Positions 50,614 to 62,643 of a DNA stretch of 64,000 bases are shown piece after piece (positions within the stretch are counted from its first letter, which is position 1; every line of letters begins with the position of its first letter). The position numbers were made by a program, and so were the translations under genes. The notes below the pieces were generated by a model that was not told the DNA's origin, did no database searches, and saw only the letters and a program-made list of their open reading frames with translations. The DNA comes from Gigantopelta aegis (taxonomy: Eukaryota), in contig NC_054708.1 of assembly GCF_016097555.1 (NCBI RefSeq), forward strand, positions 62,332,537-62,396,536. The letters run 5' to 3'.

Positions 50614-53317
50614 TACTAACCCTATACCTCATGGAACCTACCTCATTTGGCTTTTTTGAATGCGACAATTGGAAGTTTTATCATAGTATCATAGTATTTC
50701 TTACAACAAATATATATGTAATTTTTATCCAGTGGCAAAATATTGTCATCAATAAAGTCCTTAACCTACAGCAATTCGTATCACAGTGATGGTAATTCAA
50801 GTAATTTCTGTCGGTGCCATCATTAAAATTTAGCCCTGTTTTTAACATAATAGGCCTAGTAATAGGATATAATTGTTAAGGTCGATGATAGTCACTTTTC
50901 GCACCCTTGTTTTGGCATTATACGCAATAAATATAGCATATCTTAGCGTAATTTCACTTGAAATCCATATTTGGTAAAAGGTACAATTTTTTAATCACAA
51001 GATTTTCTTCAAACACATTCAGGTGCATTGCTAATGTTCAGACAAAAAATTTTGCATTGGAATTTTTTCAGCATTCTTAAAACGGAAACGTCATGTAGCC
51101 AGTTTATGGTTATTGTAAGGAGATGCAAAGTGATGTCATTGGAATATTGACATCATTCAATTCAAAATTAGCTATAGTATTACAATGCTTTGCTTAAAAA
51201 ATAAAAACTGGTCTACTGACCTTGACCCCTGTCAAATTTCTATGGCAAGCAAACAATGCTGTTTATAGGTTGGTATTTTTTTATTTTCATAATTCTGGAC
51301 AAAATATTTATTTTAAGTTTTAAAAGATGAAAGAAATACCTTTTGTCAAATATGTCATTTCAAAAAAATATCGTTTGCAGTGCTCTACAAAGCAAGTTAA
51401 AATTTACTCTTCCCAGGCCAGTAAAGTGTAATATTTTAGTCGCCAGCCACTTATATTTAGTTGCCAGCTAATATATACTTGTAATTAAATCGATTCATCT
51501 GCCATTTTATGACACATTACTAATGCCGTAATTGTTATTAGAACCACATTCGAATGAACTCGTGAAGGGGTAATTCCTAGTTGTTAAATAGTAATTACAA
51601 ATTAATGTTTGTGTCTGGTTCCACTAAATCAGTGAACGACTGTCAACTAGCATCATCAAATTCCATACCCAATAAGTTTATTAAACGAAGTTAAGCGAAT
51701 TACTATTTTAATGGCACTGCTAAGATATGCATTTAAATTGCAGTACTCATTAAAAGTTAAATAAAAGCATTGTGATAATATCTACTAGGCGTCAACGTGT
51801 TACTAGTAGTTAACAATCGGCTACCTTACTTTTGGTTTAAATAATATTTATTTTCGTCACATACTGCCTTGTAAATCCATAAATACTGTTTTGTAAATAG
51901 TTGTGTCTTTAAAGCTGTCTAAAGTCCAGTCATGAAATTAGAAACATGTTTTCATCCTCCACTGGTGAACATGACTTTCGACGTGATTAAAACAACATTC
52001 ACGACTGGAGACGTTATCGTGGAGGGAAAGTTAAGGGAGATAACATCATAACCAAGTATTACCTCCCTTAACGTCACCATGTTTACTATTTATTACAGGA
52101 AAATCGTTATTCATAGTCCCAGTGGCGTAGGAAGGTGCCAAAGCGTGGGGGGCACACTTTTATATTTACACACTTTTACACTATTATAAAGCAAATAAAA
52201 AGCAAAGTATCTAAAAAGTGGGGGGGGGGGGGGGGGGGGGGCAAATGCCCCCTTGCCCCACCGCTTCCTACGCCAGTGAGTCCGATTAACTTGTCTCAAA
52301 CTTTTATTTTGCAAACAAACTACTGATAGAAAACACGTTTTATGGAAGATAAATTGCTACTGGTCCACTGTGTTTTCCGATGTCCAGTTTTGTTTACTGA
52401 TTAAAGTAATATTATTGGACAGTCACCAACTGGCGAATGTGATTTTATTGTTTAAACGCCATGGCGAGTATTTTACTCGCTTTGTAGAGCACTGGTTTGA
52501 TATATTTTATTTATTGTGTACGAAGCCAAAAAAAGTGTCCGAAAAGTGACCGTCGTTGACCTTAAGAGAAGAGTTGCACTGGATGGCAACCACATATAGG
52601 CATCTGATAATATAAAATAGGCGTAAATTATTTATGGGTTACCAGGGCATCAAAGTCGAGGTGATAAACATACTCAAAATACATTAACAAATTTACTCAC
52701 TATAATCATTCCCAAATTAAGTACAAACATGCTAACCTCAAACTATTTTACCTCAAAACCACTGAACTGTTAAGTTTAATTAGATTAAAATAACTTGAAA
52801 TACATTTCTGAATATTGACAACTCTTCTATATTAACGGTTAATGACACTACTGAACTAAAACAACCTTCCTGCACTGAGAAAAGACGAGTCCCTGTTGTG
52901 CCCAAATTAGTGAGATCTTGTAACTCATTTTGTTTTTGTGTGGCCATAATGACCATGTAAATGATGTTCTAGAGAAATTTAATGTCCAAATATTGGGTTA
53001 CACAAAATCAAATTTTGCGCAAGTGAGGTGTCATTGAAACTGTTGTCACAGTTTTCAGAGTCATGTGGCAAGTCATCCTTACACGCGCGCATGCACACAT
53101 ACACACATACACACATACACATACATATATATATATATATGCATGTATTTTAAATTTTTGTTGAGAGCATTTATACACGTCATATATGTTGACAAACATT
53201 ATTAGCAGCCCGTGAAATGTGATGAAAGATAGGTCAGGTCCATTGGTTACGTCAAGGATTGATTAGATGGTTTCATAACAGTTATGTTTTTATTTTATCA
53301 TCCAGATTAGTTTAATG

Positions 53318-53389
53318 ATGAGTTCTTCAGAGGAGGTATCGTGGATTTCCTGGTTCTGTGGTCTCCGAGGAAATGAATTCTTCTGCGAA
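53318..53389 (+). CDS. CSNK2B: Casein kinase II beta subunit, coding exon 1: [24 protein letters not shown]. An in-frame ATG also lies at 53315.
   Basis: Identical to the human CK2beta N-terminus. The donor GTAAGT is at 53390. The upstream tccag at 53301-53305 suggests a 5'-UTR exon further upstream. Confidence 0.9.
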
Positions 53390-54063
53390 GTAAGTACCTG
53401 TATTATACATGTATAACATTTAATGAAATATCTTAAAATATCTGTGAAATAAAAGTGTTATTAGTCACTCAGTGATGATAACACATTTTAGAGTGAAAAT
53501 TTCACTATTTCACTCTAAAATGTGTTACTGTCACTGTAGACAATGTCATCTTCACTGTAAGAAAGCCGGAACTATTTTGCTGCTGGCATTTTAAAAATGA
53601 TGGTAAATTGCCAAAAGTTATATAATAAATAGAAAATTTCATGTTTTTTGTCAAATATGATTTATATCTCATGTCGTGAAGTTTGCAATCATATTACATT
53701 AGTCGCGCAAGTGCGACTCGTGAGATATGACTGAAAACTTCACTCGATGACTAAAAACATGAAATATCCTCTATGTATTCATTGATTTTTCACTACAAAT
53801 AGCAAGGGAATAATAAAAAAAAACCACCAAAATCTTTTTACATTGATTTATACAAATAAAAAGCTTTCAGATTTTTAGATTAAAAACATATTGTACAAAA
53901 TATATCTGTAATATAGTTTGAACCATAACATTTTTATGTCAAGATGTTTTGCATGAGTATAGTTAGAACTACACAACATTTATTTAATTTTTTTATAGGG
54001 CTGACTGTGACAGTAACCATGTTGACTATTCTTGTGTACAGGTATTGTAAATGTGTGTTTCAG

Positions 54064-54166
54064 GTGGATGAGGACTATATACAAGACAAGTTCAACTTGA
54101 CAGGTCTTAATGAGCAGGTTCCACATTACAGACAAGCCTTGGATATGATTTTAGACTTGGAACCAG
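54064..54166 (+). CDS. CSNK2B: CK2beta exon 2: [34 protein letters not shown](+1 nt)
   Basis: Identical to human residues 25-58. The acceptor tttcag and donor GTACGT were read directly. The exon ends in phase 1. Confidence 0.9.
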
Positions 54167-54884
54167 GTACGTGTAACAAGATAAACACTGAAACGTCATC
54201 TGGATTCCTGCTTTCATCTTTTCAAATGAATTATCAATTATTTTTACATGTATATTTTTGCACAGTAAAAACTGCCTAAACTGGATCCTGAGGATAACAG
54301 GCCAGTTTTTTTGCCCCACATTTTACCTATTTATGTGCAGTAGACAATCTTTTATTAACAAGTAAGATAGCAATAATTGGTCTGCATTAACAAATTACAT
54401 CAGTTTTTTAATTGGCCAAACCCACTAAAAATAAAAATCTATTTTGTCATTTAGTTGGAAAAGTAAATCAAAAATCTATTTGATCATGATGAAACATCCA
54501 CTCATTTGATAAATTATGATGGTATTAAGCAAACATGCTGGGCTGCATTTACACATGTATAGGGTGGGACATAACCCAGTGGTAAAGTGCTTGGCTGATG
54601 TGTGGTCAGTCTGGGATCGATCACCATCATTGGGCTATTTCTTGTTCCAGTCAGTGCCCCACGACTGGTATTTCAAAGGCTGTGGTATGTGCTGTCCTGA
54701 ATGGGATGGTGCATATAAAAGATCCCTTGCTACTAATGGAAAAATGTAGCGTGTTTTGTCTCTAAGACTATATGTTAAAATTATCCATGATTAATAAATA
54801 GCCAGTGATTAATAAGTCAGTGTGCTCTAGTGGTATCATTAAGCAAAACAAACTTTTAACTTTTTACACATGTATAACTATGCA

Positions 54885-55283
54885 GGGAACATTTTGTTGT
54901 TCAGTATCGTGTCACGATTTGCTTCGTAAGTTTCGTAGATAGTTACACACTTTTAAAACATTTAAACAGTAGTTGAGCTAATCAAGTTTAGTTGAGAAGA
55001 AAACAAAATGTTCCCTGTTATGTAGGCTACATTTACAGAACTTTCTTAAACACCTGTGTAAACCTTACAGGGAACATTTTGTTTTTAAAATTTTGACTAG
55101 CGACATTTCTGGTCAATTGAAAATTGATTAGCGACATTTCTGGTCAATTGAAAATTGATTAGCGACATTTCTGGTCAATTGAAAATTGATCAGCGACTAC
55201 TGTTCAGTGTTTTAAAATTGTGTAGCGATCTCTGAAATTTGTGTTGTGAGTTGTTGCGATACTGAACAAAATGTTCCCTGACC
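54885..55283. mobile_element. Two adjacent MITE-like units (54885-55020 and 55063-55283) sharing the TIR CAGGGAACATTTTGTT / AACAAAATGTTCCCTG. The second contains a 35-bp x3 tandem repeat (TTGACTAGCGACATTTCTGGTCAATTGAAAATTGA).
   Basis: The TIR pairs were read directly at 54887/55003 and 55063/55268. Confidence 0.55.
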
Positions 55284-55423
55284 TAAGAAAAACGGTTCTG
55301 TGCTATCCTATGTACATTTACAGTGCTTAAAACCCATGTGAAAAACTTAAAGAAGGACAAGTTGTCGTAAATTGGGTCCACTGTGTTTTATAATGTGCTG
55401 GCTTTCTGTTTGTGCCCCATCAG

Positions 55424-55536
55424 AGGAAGAGCTAGAGGAGAACCCAGGGTCTGATTTGGTCGAGCAGGCGGCCGAGATGCTGTACGGCCTGATACACGCT
55501 AGGTTCATACTAACCAATGCAGGCGTCAGCAAGATG
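55424..55536 (+). CDS. CSNK2B: CK2beta alternative exon 3a (113 nt): (E)[38 protein letters not shown]. It is a divergent paralogue of exon 3b.
   Basis: It has a strong acceptor (ctttctgtttgtgccccatcag), a strong donor (ATG|GTAAGA), the same phase-in/phase-out as 3b, and 113 nt (not a multiple of 3). Confidence 0.6.
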
Positions 55537-55883
55537 GTAAGAGGTTTCTCGTCCACCTTGGTAGCCGAGGGCCTGGCTTGTCTCCTCTGGGTTACTAGGT
55601 GGCATGCTTGTGTGTCTAGTACATTTACCATTGTTAGCCAGATTTTGTGCCAGTAATAATGAAGCCAGTTGTTGCATACGTTGTAAAAACACAAGTTACA
55701 GGATTCTGTGCACATGTATGTCCACTGTATAATATATGTACAGGCTACAAATTTAGCACAATTCTGTGCATCCGCAAATCTCAGATGTTCGGTCGGAAGC
55801 ACAAGATTATGAGATGGAATCCCAAAATATCTGTATTAAATTATATTTTATGGTAATGGCGGAATCCTTTAAAAAAAGAAAAT

Positions 55884-55914
<31 letters not shown>

Positions 55915-57437
55915 ACATATACTTTTAACTTTTCTTGTTGTTTTTAATTATGTACAGGTACAGGTATATTTGTAAATAATAAATTCAGCTTTTAGCTACC
56001 TAAAACTACTTGTACCTGTACTGTTGTTTGTTCTGTTACTTTTCACTCATTTCCTGGAACTTGTGTTTTAAATATTCATTTTTGGTATTATCATAAATTA
56101 TGATAATATAGTTTCCTTGTTACTGGCATATATACATACACATGTATTGCTGCATGTGTGTGGCTGTCTTGGCCAAAAGGGCATCAATTCTGTTTTAACT
56201 TTGAGAAATGTAATATTAAATACATGAACTTTTGCTAGAGCTTTTTTTTTTAAATGTACAAACCATGTGTATTCAAATGTTCTGATATTTTAAAAATTGC
56301 TCATATGGATTTAAAAAAAAACTTAAAACAATTGCACATATATTTTTGGCAATAAGTCCTTTACCAAGTATAGCAGTGTTTTTGCATTTGGCATGCATAT
56401 TTTCTTCATATACACATAGGACTATATGACAAGATACAACCAGTAGCGCCACCTGTAACCTATAAGCCTAATTATCTCCCTTGGCACAAGGTCTAGAAAT
56501 CTGCATTCAACGTTTGCTGCCAGGTTTCCTCTGAGGATATTTCAGTTGTAAGGAATGGTGGGAAGTGTGCACAGGCTTAAAAATGCTTTTTAATTCTACA
56601 ACAATTCGGTTTTGTCAAATTAATTGCTTTTATTTTCTTTTTTAAGTGGCATATTTATTTTGTTGATTTCCATATACGTTTAGTCATAGAACCATGTAAT
56701 GTTGTTTTGATCACAGTGTTTACTGTTAATATTTCTATTTAAAATAGTTTTGTCACAGCAAATTACCCGTAATTTGAGAAAGTAAATATTAAACTTTTTA
56801 TTACAAAAAGTATAATTAAGAAAAAATGTTTTTATTATTTTTCTATTCTTATTTTTTTTGCTTATGTACACATTTGGTGATCCACAGAGGAAATCGTTTG
56901 TTTGTTTTTACTTACCCAATTCTCATCAACATTTACTCTTTTCTTTTATTAAACAAAGATAAAAACCCTGACCAAAAGTAAAAACACATTGATGTTATTT
57001 CATTTGGCAGCATTTAGTTGCCCAAAACACGTAGCCTTCTGTGAATACCATCAAACTGTTAAATTGGCTATTACATGCAGTTACACCATTACGTTTTTTA
57101 AGTTATCAAAGAGAATAAACTATGTTTCTTCTCTTAATTCTCCAGACCAAGTGCTTGATGCTTGAAACACACCGATTAAGCACACTGCTGAGGTTTTGTT
57201 AAGCAAATTTCTTTTTCCTTTTGTTTTTGCATGAAATAATCCACTGTGTATAAATATACCTGTACATACAAAAGAAATATATGTTAACAGTGCAATATTT
57301 TGTGTGCAAAACGGAATACGAAGGAACATGGTGTTTTGAAGCACAGACTGATGACTGTCACTGTCAATGGTCAGCCGCATGGTGAGTGTTGATGAGAATG
57401 TTCTGTAGCTGTTAACACATGTTCTGTTTTTGTTCAG

Positions 57438-57553
57438 ATGATGAGTTGGAGGACAATCCTAATCAGAGTGACCTCATAGAACAGGCGGCCGAGATGTTGT
57501 ATGGCTTGATACACGCGCGATACATTATGACTAACCGAGGCATAGCCCAGATG
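57438..57553 (+). CDS. CSNK2B: CK2beta exon 3b (116 nt): (D)[38 protein letters not shown]. This is the canonical version.
   Basis: Near-identical to human residues 59-97 ([39 protein letters not shown]). The acceptor is tgttcag and the donor is GTAAGC. Confidence 0.9.
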
Positions 57554-59294
57554 GTAAGCCAAACTTCGTAACGGTCTGCCTCCATAGCAGAACTCGCTTG
57601 TATGCCTCGGTGGTCTTGGCTATTTACCTGTATGTTTACTAAATGAGAAAAAAACCCCCCACTAGGGGGTATATTCATGATCAAAATAAGATTGCATAAA
57701 ATAAAGAGAAGTGTGGGGGGGGGGGGGGGGCAGTCTCTAATGAAAGGGAGCACAGTCTCTATCGAGAGGGGGCAGTCTCTAGTAGAGACTACAAACCAGA
57801 TTTTTATATTTATGTACAAAAAATGTACATTTTCATTCTCAAGTGAGAGGGTGGAGGTGCACAGGTCCTCTCTACTCCCTTGGTTCCTTTGGGCTGTGAA
57901 ATGTCAGGCTGTTAACAATTACCAGACTTGTAGTGTCTACGGCTTCGTACAGGGAGTCCAGACAAACTCTGAGACTTGAGTTGCTTTTTTTCTTATCATA
58001 CAGGTAAACTGTCCATTTACAAAAAATTTCTATTTGATATATTATTTTTTGGATTAGTTTTAATTGAGTCCAAATGATTTTAATGAATCTAAATGGTTAT
58101 TTTATCAATCATTTCGCTGCCTTCTCTTCATTTGGCATTTGGATTACCACCAACATGGCATTGTTTTTTTTCCTGTAGTCTTTCCAGTGATCATATCCTT
58201 CCACTGAAGATGTTTGGTAACATAATATAGATGCATAATGGTAGTTTTATTTCACTGTGTTTACTGTTATACTCAATGGACTTTTATTTAAACAACAATT
58301 TGGCTCGTCCAAAATGTGTTTGACTATTTATTTAATCTAGCAGCACCATCTAAACAACTATACATTGTATTTTATCATGTAATACTGGAAATGATTTTGT
58401 TTTATACTTTTTCAAAGATCGAAAATATTTGCTTGGAAAATTAATCAAAAGTTTTAATAGCCATATCACTACCTTACTTTTAATGAGTCATTATTAAAAT
58501 GAGCATTAAGATAATTTAACTGGTTGTAGGGTGAGATCTGGTTTAAATTGAGTCCACTGCAGTAACCGTTTATAATGTTTGCTTTATTCAAAGTTTGATG
58601 TTCAACTTTATCTATTTATTATAGTACTATACATGTTTGTTATTAAGTTAGTTAGTATACTATATGTACTTATACATAAAATGTAATGTAATGTATAAAA
58701 TTTAATAATTGTAAACAGTTTATAAAATTTTAAAGTCCATTCAAAACCCAAACATAGATTTTAGACCTCACCTAACTTTACACTTATTGCATCTTTAGAG
58801 TTCATGTTGTTTTAAGGTGGTGTCTCATTTCTAGTTTTATTTGGTTATCTTTATTGTATGTATGTTTCAGCTGTGATCATCATTGTCAAATAATGCTGAC
58901 TGTATTAATATCAATTTCCAAAAGACAGTTGCAAATAATTATACACAATATTGAAACATTGGCAACTGCTTTGCCAGTTACAGGTATCAGTAAATCAGAA
59001 GTGAAAAATAAACTGATCAAAATTAGTTGAATAATGTCCAGAATATGCGGAGCATTTTTTAAATAATTATATGGCACTGCTAACAGTATTTAAGAAATTG
59101 ATCAAAATTTATTTCTATGATTAAAAAAAATCTAAAAATAGATACAGTGTCATAACCAGTTTCCCATGGTCACCACTGACTGCAGCACCCCCCCCCCCCC
59201 CCCCCCACCGCTAGAAGCTACATGTAATGGATTTTTTATGCCACTGACACTAACTTTACCATTCTTATTTATTTGGACATTCACATGTAGTGAT

Positions 59295-60798
59295 ATATAC
59301 TCTTCAAAAGAAGAAACGCAAAACCACATTGTCGTAACATTTGGAGAATTGATTTAATTATTGAATGGTGAGTCCGATAATTACCAAATGTTGCAGGATT
59401 GTTCACAATTCACTCTAGTCCATTGTGAGTAAGTGATAGGACACACCACCAAGGTCAAGGTCATCTGGAGTCAATACCGGGTGTGGCCTCCGCGTGTGTT
59501 GACAACTGCCTGGCACCGCCTGCCCATTGAAGCAACCAGAGTACGGATGACGTCCCTGGGGATGGTGGCCCACTCGGTCTGCAAGGCTGCTGCCAGCTCG
59601 GGCAGGGTCTGGGGCTGTGGTTGTCGCTGTCGGAGGCGTCGGTCCAACTCGTCCCATAGATTCTCAATTGGGTTCAAATCCGGTGATATCGATGGCCAAG
59701 GAAGGACATTAATGTTGTTGTTCTGTAGGAAAGCCGTTGTGAGACGTGCTGTGTGAGGCCTGGCGTTGTCATGTTGGAACACTGCGTTGGCGTTGGCCAT
59801 AACTGGAACGATGTGTGGCCGGAGGATCTGGTCAATGTAGCCCTGTGCATTCAGTTTGCCCTGCACGTGGACCAGGTCAGTTCTGCCAGTGTGTGAGATG
59901 GCTGCCCACACCATGACACTACCCCCGCCGAATCTGTCCACTTCCTGCACGCAGTTTGCCGCATAACGTTCACCACGACGCCTATACACGCGACATCTTC
60001 CATCATGACGTCGGAGCAGAAATCGGGACTCGTCACTGAACCACACCTGTCTCCATCGCAGTTGAGGCCATTGTCGATGAATCTGGCACCACTGCAGTCG
60101 GAGTCGACGGTGTTGTGGTGTTAAGATGACACCTCGAACTGGACGTCTGGCACGAATTCCTACCTCACGTAGGCGGTTCCGTACGGTCTGGTCGGATATC
60201 CTGCGCAAACCTGGTATTGCTGCGGCTGTGGAGGTGGCAGTAGTCAATCGTTCCCGAAGGTGGCGTACCCGGATGTAGCGGTCCTGCCCGGGGGTAGTGA
60301 CCCGTGGTCGACCGGATCTAGGGAGGTCACGTGTTGATCCATGTTGCTGGTAACGGTCCCACAGTCTGGAGATGGTGCTTGGGGACACATGGAATGCCCT
60401 GGCAACGGCCGTTCTGGATTCGCCTGCGTCTAGTCGGCCGATGGCATTGTTTCTCTGCGGTTCACTGAGACGTGGCATGTCCTGAATTGTCAACTGTCGG
60501 CCAGATACAGAGGCCAGGCAAGCGAACACCCTGCACTTTTATACTGTCGGTGTTCATGTTTCACGTGCAGACAACACACGTGCAGTGGTGACATGGTTTG
60601 CACGTGGCTGCGTTTTTGCGAATATTCACATTTTGGAACTTTATTGTACAGTAGCTGCGTTTTATCGAATGTAACCGTGGGAATGTGTTTGGGACATGCA
60701 ATGACCTTATATTCACAAAGCATGAACCGGTAGGAAACATAAAATCGGAGTTATAACCCATTTGTACCCTTTTGCGTTTCTTTTTTTGAAGAGTATAT
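59295..60798 (-). mobile_element. Complete Tc1-like DNA transposon (about 1.5 kb) in a CK2beta intron, with roughly 30-bp TIRs (ATATACTCTTCAAAAGAAGAAACGCAAAA / TTTTGCGTTTCTTTTTTTGAAGAGTATAT) and TA flanks
   Basis: The TIRs were read at both ends. It encloses an intact 352-aa transposase. It is a different family from the 31.2 kb element, since the TIRs are unrelated. Confidence 0.9.
59471..60529 (-). CDS. Tc1-family DD34E transposase, 352 aa, uninterrupted. The likely true start is M at 60478 (MPRLSEPQRNNAIGRL...).
   Basis: Motifs read in the translation: ...RSGRPRVTT..., WFSDESRF, FQHDNARPH and SPDLNPIENLWDEL. Confidence 0.9.
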   Translation of the reverse strand: MFACLASVSGRQLTIQDMPRLSEPQRNNAIGRLDAGESRTAVARAFHVSPSTISRLWDRYQQHGSTRDLPRSGRPRVTTPGQDRYIRVRHLRERLTTATSTAAAIPGLRRISDQTVRNRLREVGIRARRPVRGVILTPQHRRLRLQWCQIHRQWPQLRWRQVWFSDESRFLLRRHDGRCRVYRRRGERYAANCVQEVDRFGGGSVMVWAAISHTGRTDLVHVQGKLNAQGYIDQILRPHIVPVMANANAVFQHDNARPHTARLTTAFLQNNNINVLPWPSISPDLNPIENLWDELDRRLRQRQPQPQTLPELAAALQTEWATIPRDVIRTLVASMGRRCQAVVNTRGGHTRY

Positions 60799-61227
60799 GA
60801 TTATATATTTAACAGCAAATATTAAACACAGAACATATCTGTGAAAACATTTATTGTTATTCAGACTTGCAAAATTTTTAGGTTTCAACTTTATAATGAA
60901 TATAATTAATTTACTTTTGATTTTTGATTAGATTGTTTCATATGTATATGCATATCTGGTACTTAGATTTGTAGATATATATACTGTTTGATTTTGAATG
61001 GTTTTTCTGCAAGTATTAATTATATTATTGTAGTTTGAATGTTGGGTGCGAGCATGGAATTGCAGTAGTATGTGTACATGTACACAATACACATTGACAA
61101 GTACAGGCAGTATAGTTTTTTTCTATTTACTTAACTACATATATAGGTCTGCTGGATTAGCTTTGATGTATTGTGGTTTTAATGGAAAGTGCAGTAGTAT
61201 TACTTGTAATATGTTTGTTATTTTTAG

Positions 61228-61303
61228 ATTGAGAAGTGGCAGCAAGGTGATTTTGGTTATTGTCCACGAGTATACTGTGAAAATCAGCCAATGCTACCAA
61301 TAG
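61228..61303 (+). CDS. CSNK2B: CK2beta exon 4: [25 protein letters not shown](+1 nt)
   Basis: It matches human [26 protein letters not shown]. The acceptor is tttttag and the donor is GTAAGA. Confidence 0.9.
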
Positions 61304-61961
61304 GTAAGAGATCCAATGTGAATACACATCATACTGTTCATGTGTTGTTATTTTGTGATAACAAGTCGGTTCATCAGTACCATATAATTTCCTAATGGCG
61401 ATGCTTGTTATGTACACATAATGTTTGTCACATGGAAAATTTATTTTTATTGACTTGAGAAAATATTTACATCGGAAATCTTCAGTTGTTATGTTATGCA
61501 TGTAAGTGGAAAATTCTGCAGGTATTAGAAGACAAAAGTTGATATATTTTAAATCAAAGCATGTGTTTGGGAAGGGGGGGTGAAGTCTTGCCACAAAATC
61601 TGGGGGTGAAGTCTTGCCACAAAATCTGATTACATACAGAAACTAATAATGCAGTATAAATGTTTATTTATTACAAAAGTTAAGTACTGGTTTAAACTTG
61701 CTGTAGTCAGACTCAGAATTATGCAGGTTAACGTTTTATCTCTGACAAAAGCATTTCAAAATTGCTATAGGCTCTTACACATTCTTAAGTTTCGAGCCCT
61801 GCATTGTCAGCTCTGACATTATTGATGGGTTTCACTGTATATTCTGAAATCTTATATATGGAAATTAGCATCTTTTTGATTCTTCACTTTAATTTTCTCA
61901 TTAATTTTTTTTTTGTTAACTATGTTTGGGCCATGCTATGAGATTTGGCATTCTGTTTCAG

Positions 61962-62151
61962 GTCTGTCGGATGTTCCCGGCGAAGCGATGGTCAAACTGT
62001 ACTGTCCCAAGTGTCAAGACGTGTACACTCCCAAGTCATCCCGACACCACCACACTGATGGAGCCTACTTCGGAACAGGCTTTCCTCACATGCTCTTTAT
62101 GGTGCATCCAGAATATCGTCCAAAACGGCCAGCTAATCAGTTTGTACCAAG
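61962..62151 (+). CDS. CSNK2B: CK2beta exon 5: (G)[62 protein letters not shown](+2 nt)
   Basis: At least 95% identical to the human sequence, including the zinc-finger cysteines CPKC. The acceptor is tttcag and the donor is GTAACT. Confidence 0.9.
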
Positions 62152-62534
62152 GTAACTATTACAATTTTGACTGCATGTACCCGAGTATTCAAGAGGGTTT
62201 AGAAGTTCACAGATACTAACAAGAATCAATAGGCGTATACTTTGATACACAAATATACTCAAATTGGTATTGAAGCTTCACAGAAGATGCTTATTCACAA
62301 ATTTGATTTTCATGTGGTAAATTAAATGTGATTTCATCCTTGCTTGGGTGATTGTTAGCGTTCATACTTGTAAAATTATTCAGTCATTCAATTGCTGTAT
62401 TTATTTCAGCATTTGCTTGTTTAGCTTTAAGTAAATTTTTTAAAATTGTTTACCATCACAGTGTTTACTTTGTTAGCTTGACCCGTAAAACCTAGATCAA
62501 CTATGAATTCTTAAATTCTGTTGTTTTTTTTCAG

Positions 62535-62643
62535 ACTGTATGGCTTCAAAATCCACCCCCTTGCTTACCAGTTACAGTATCAGGCCGCAGCCAACTTCAA
62601 AATGCCGATGCGGGGAGCTAGTCACACAAATAGTAAAAGATGA
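62535..62643 (+). CDS. CSNK2B: CK2beta terminal coding exon: (R)[35 protein letters not shown]
   Basis: It matches human [23 protein letters not shown]... The acceptor is ttttttttcag and the stop TGA is at 62641-62643. An AATAAA lies at about 63260. Confidence 0.9.

Noticed and set aside
55347-55802. 151-aa minus-strand ORF and the 94-aa + ORF read-through at 55372-55656
   Set aside because: The minus ORF is antisense to CK2beta exon 3a. The + ORF is exon 3a read into the intron past a GTAAGA donor.
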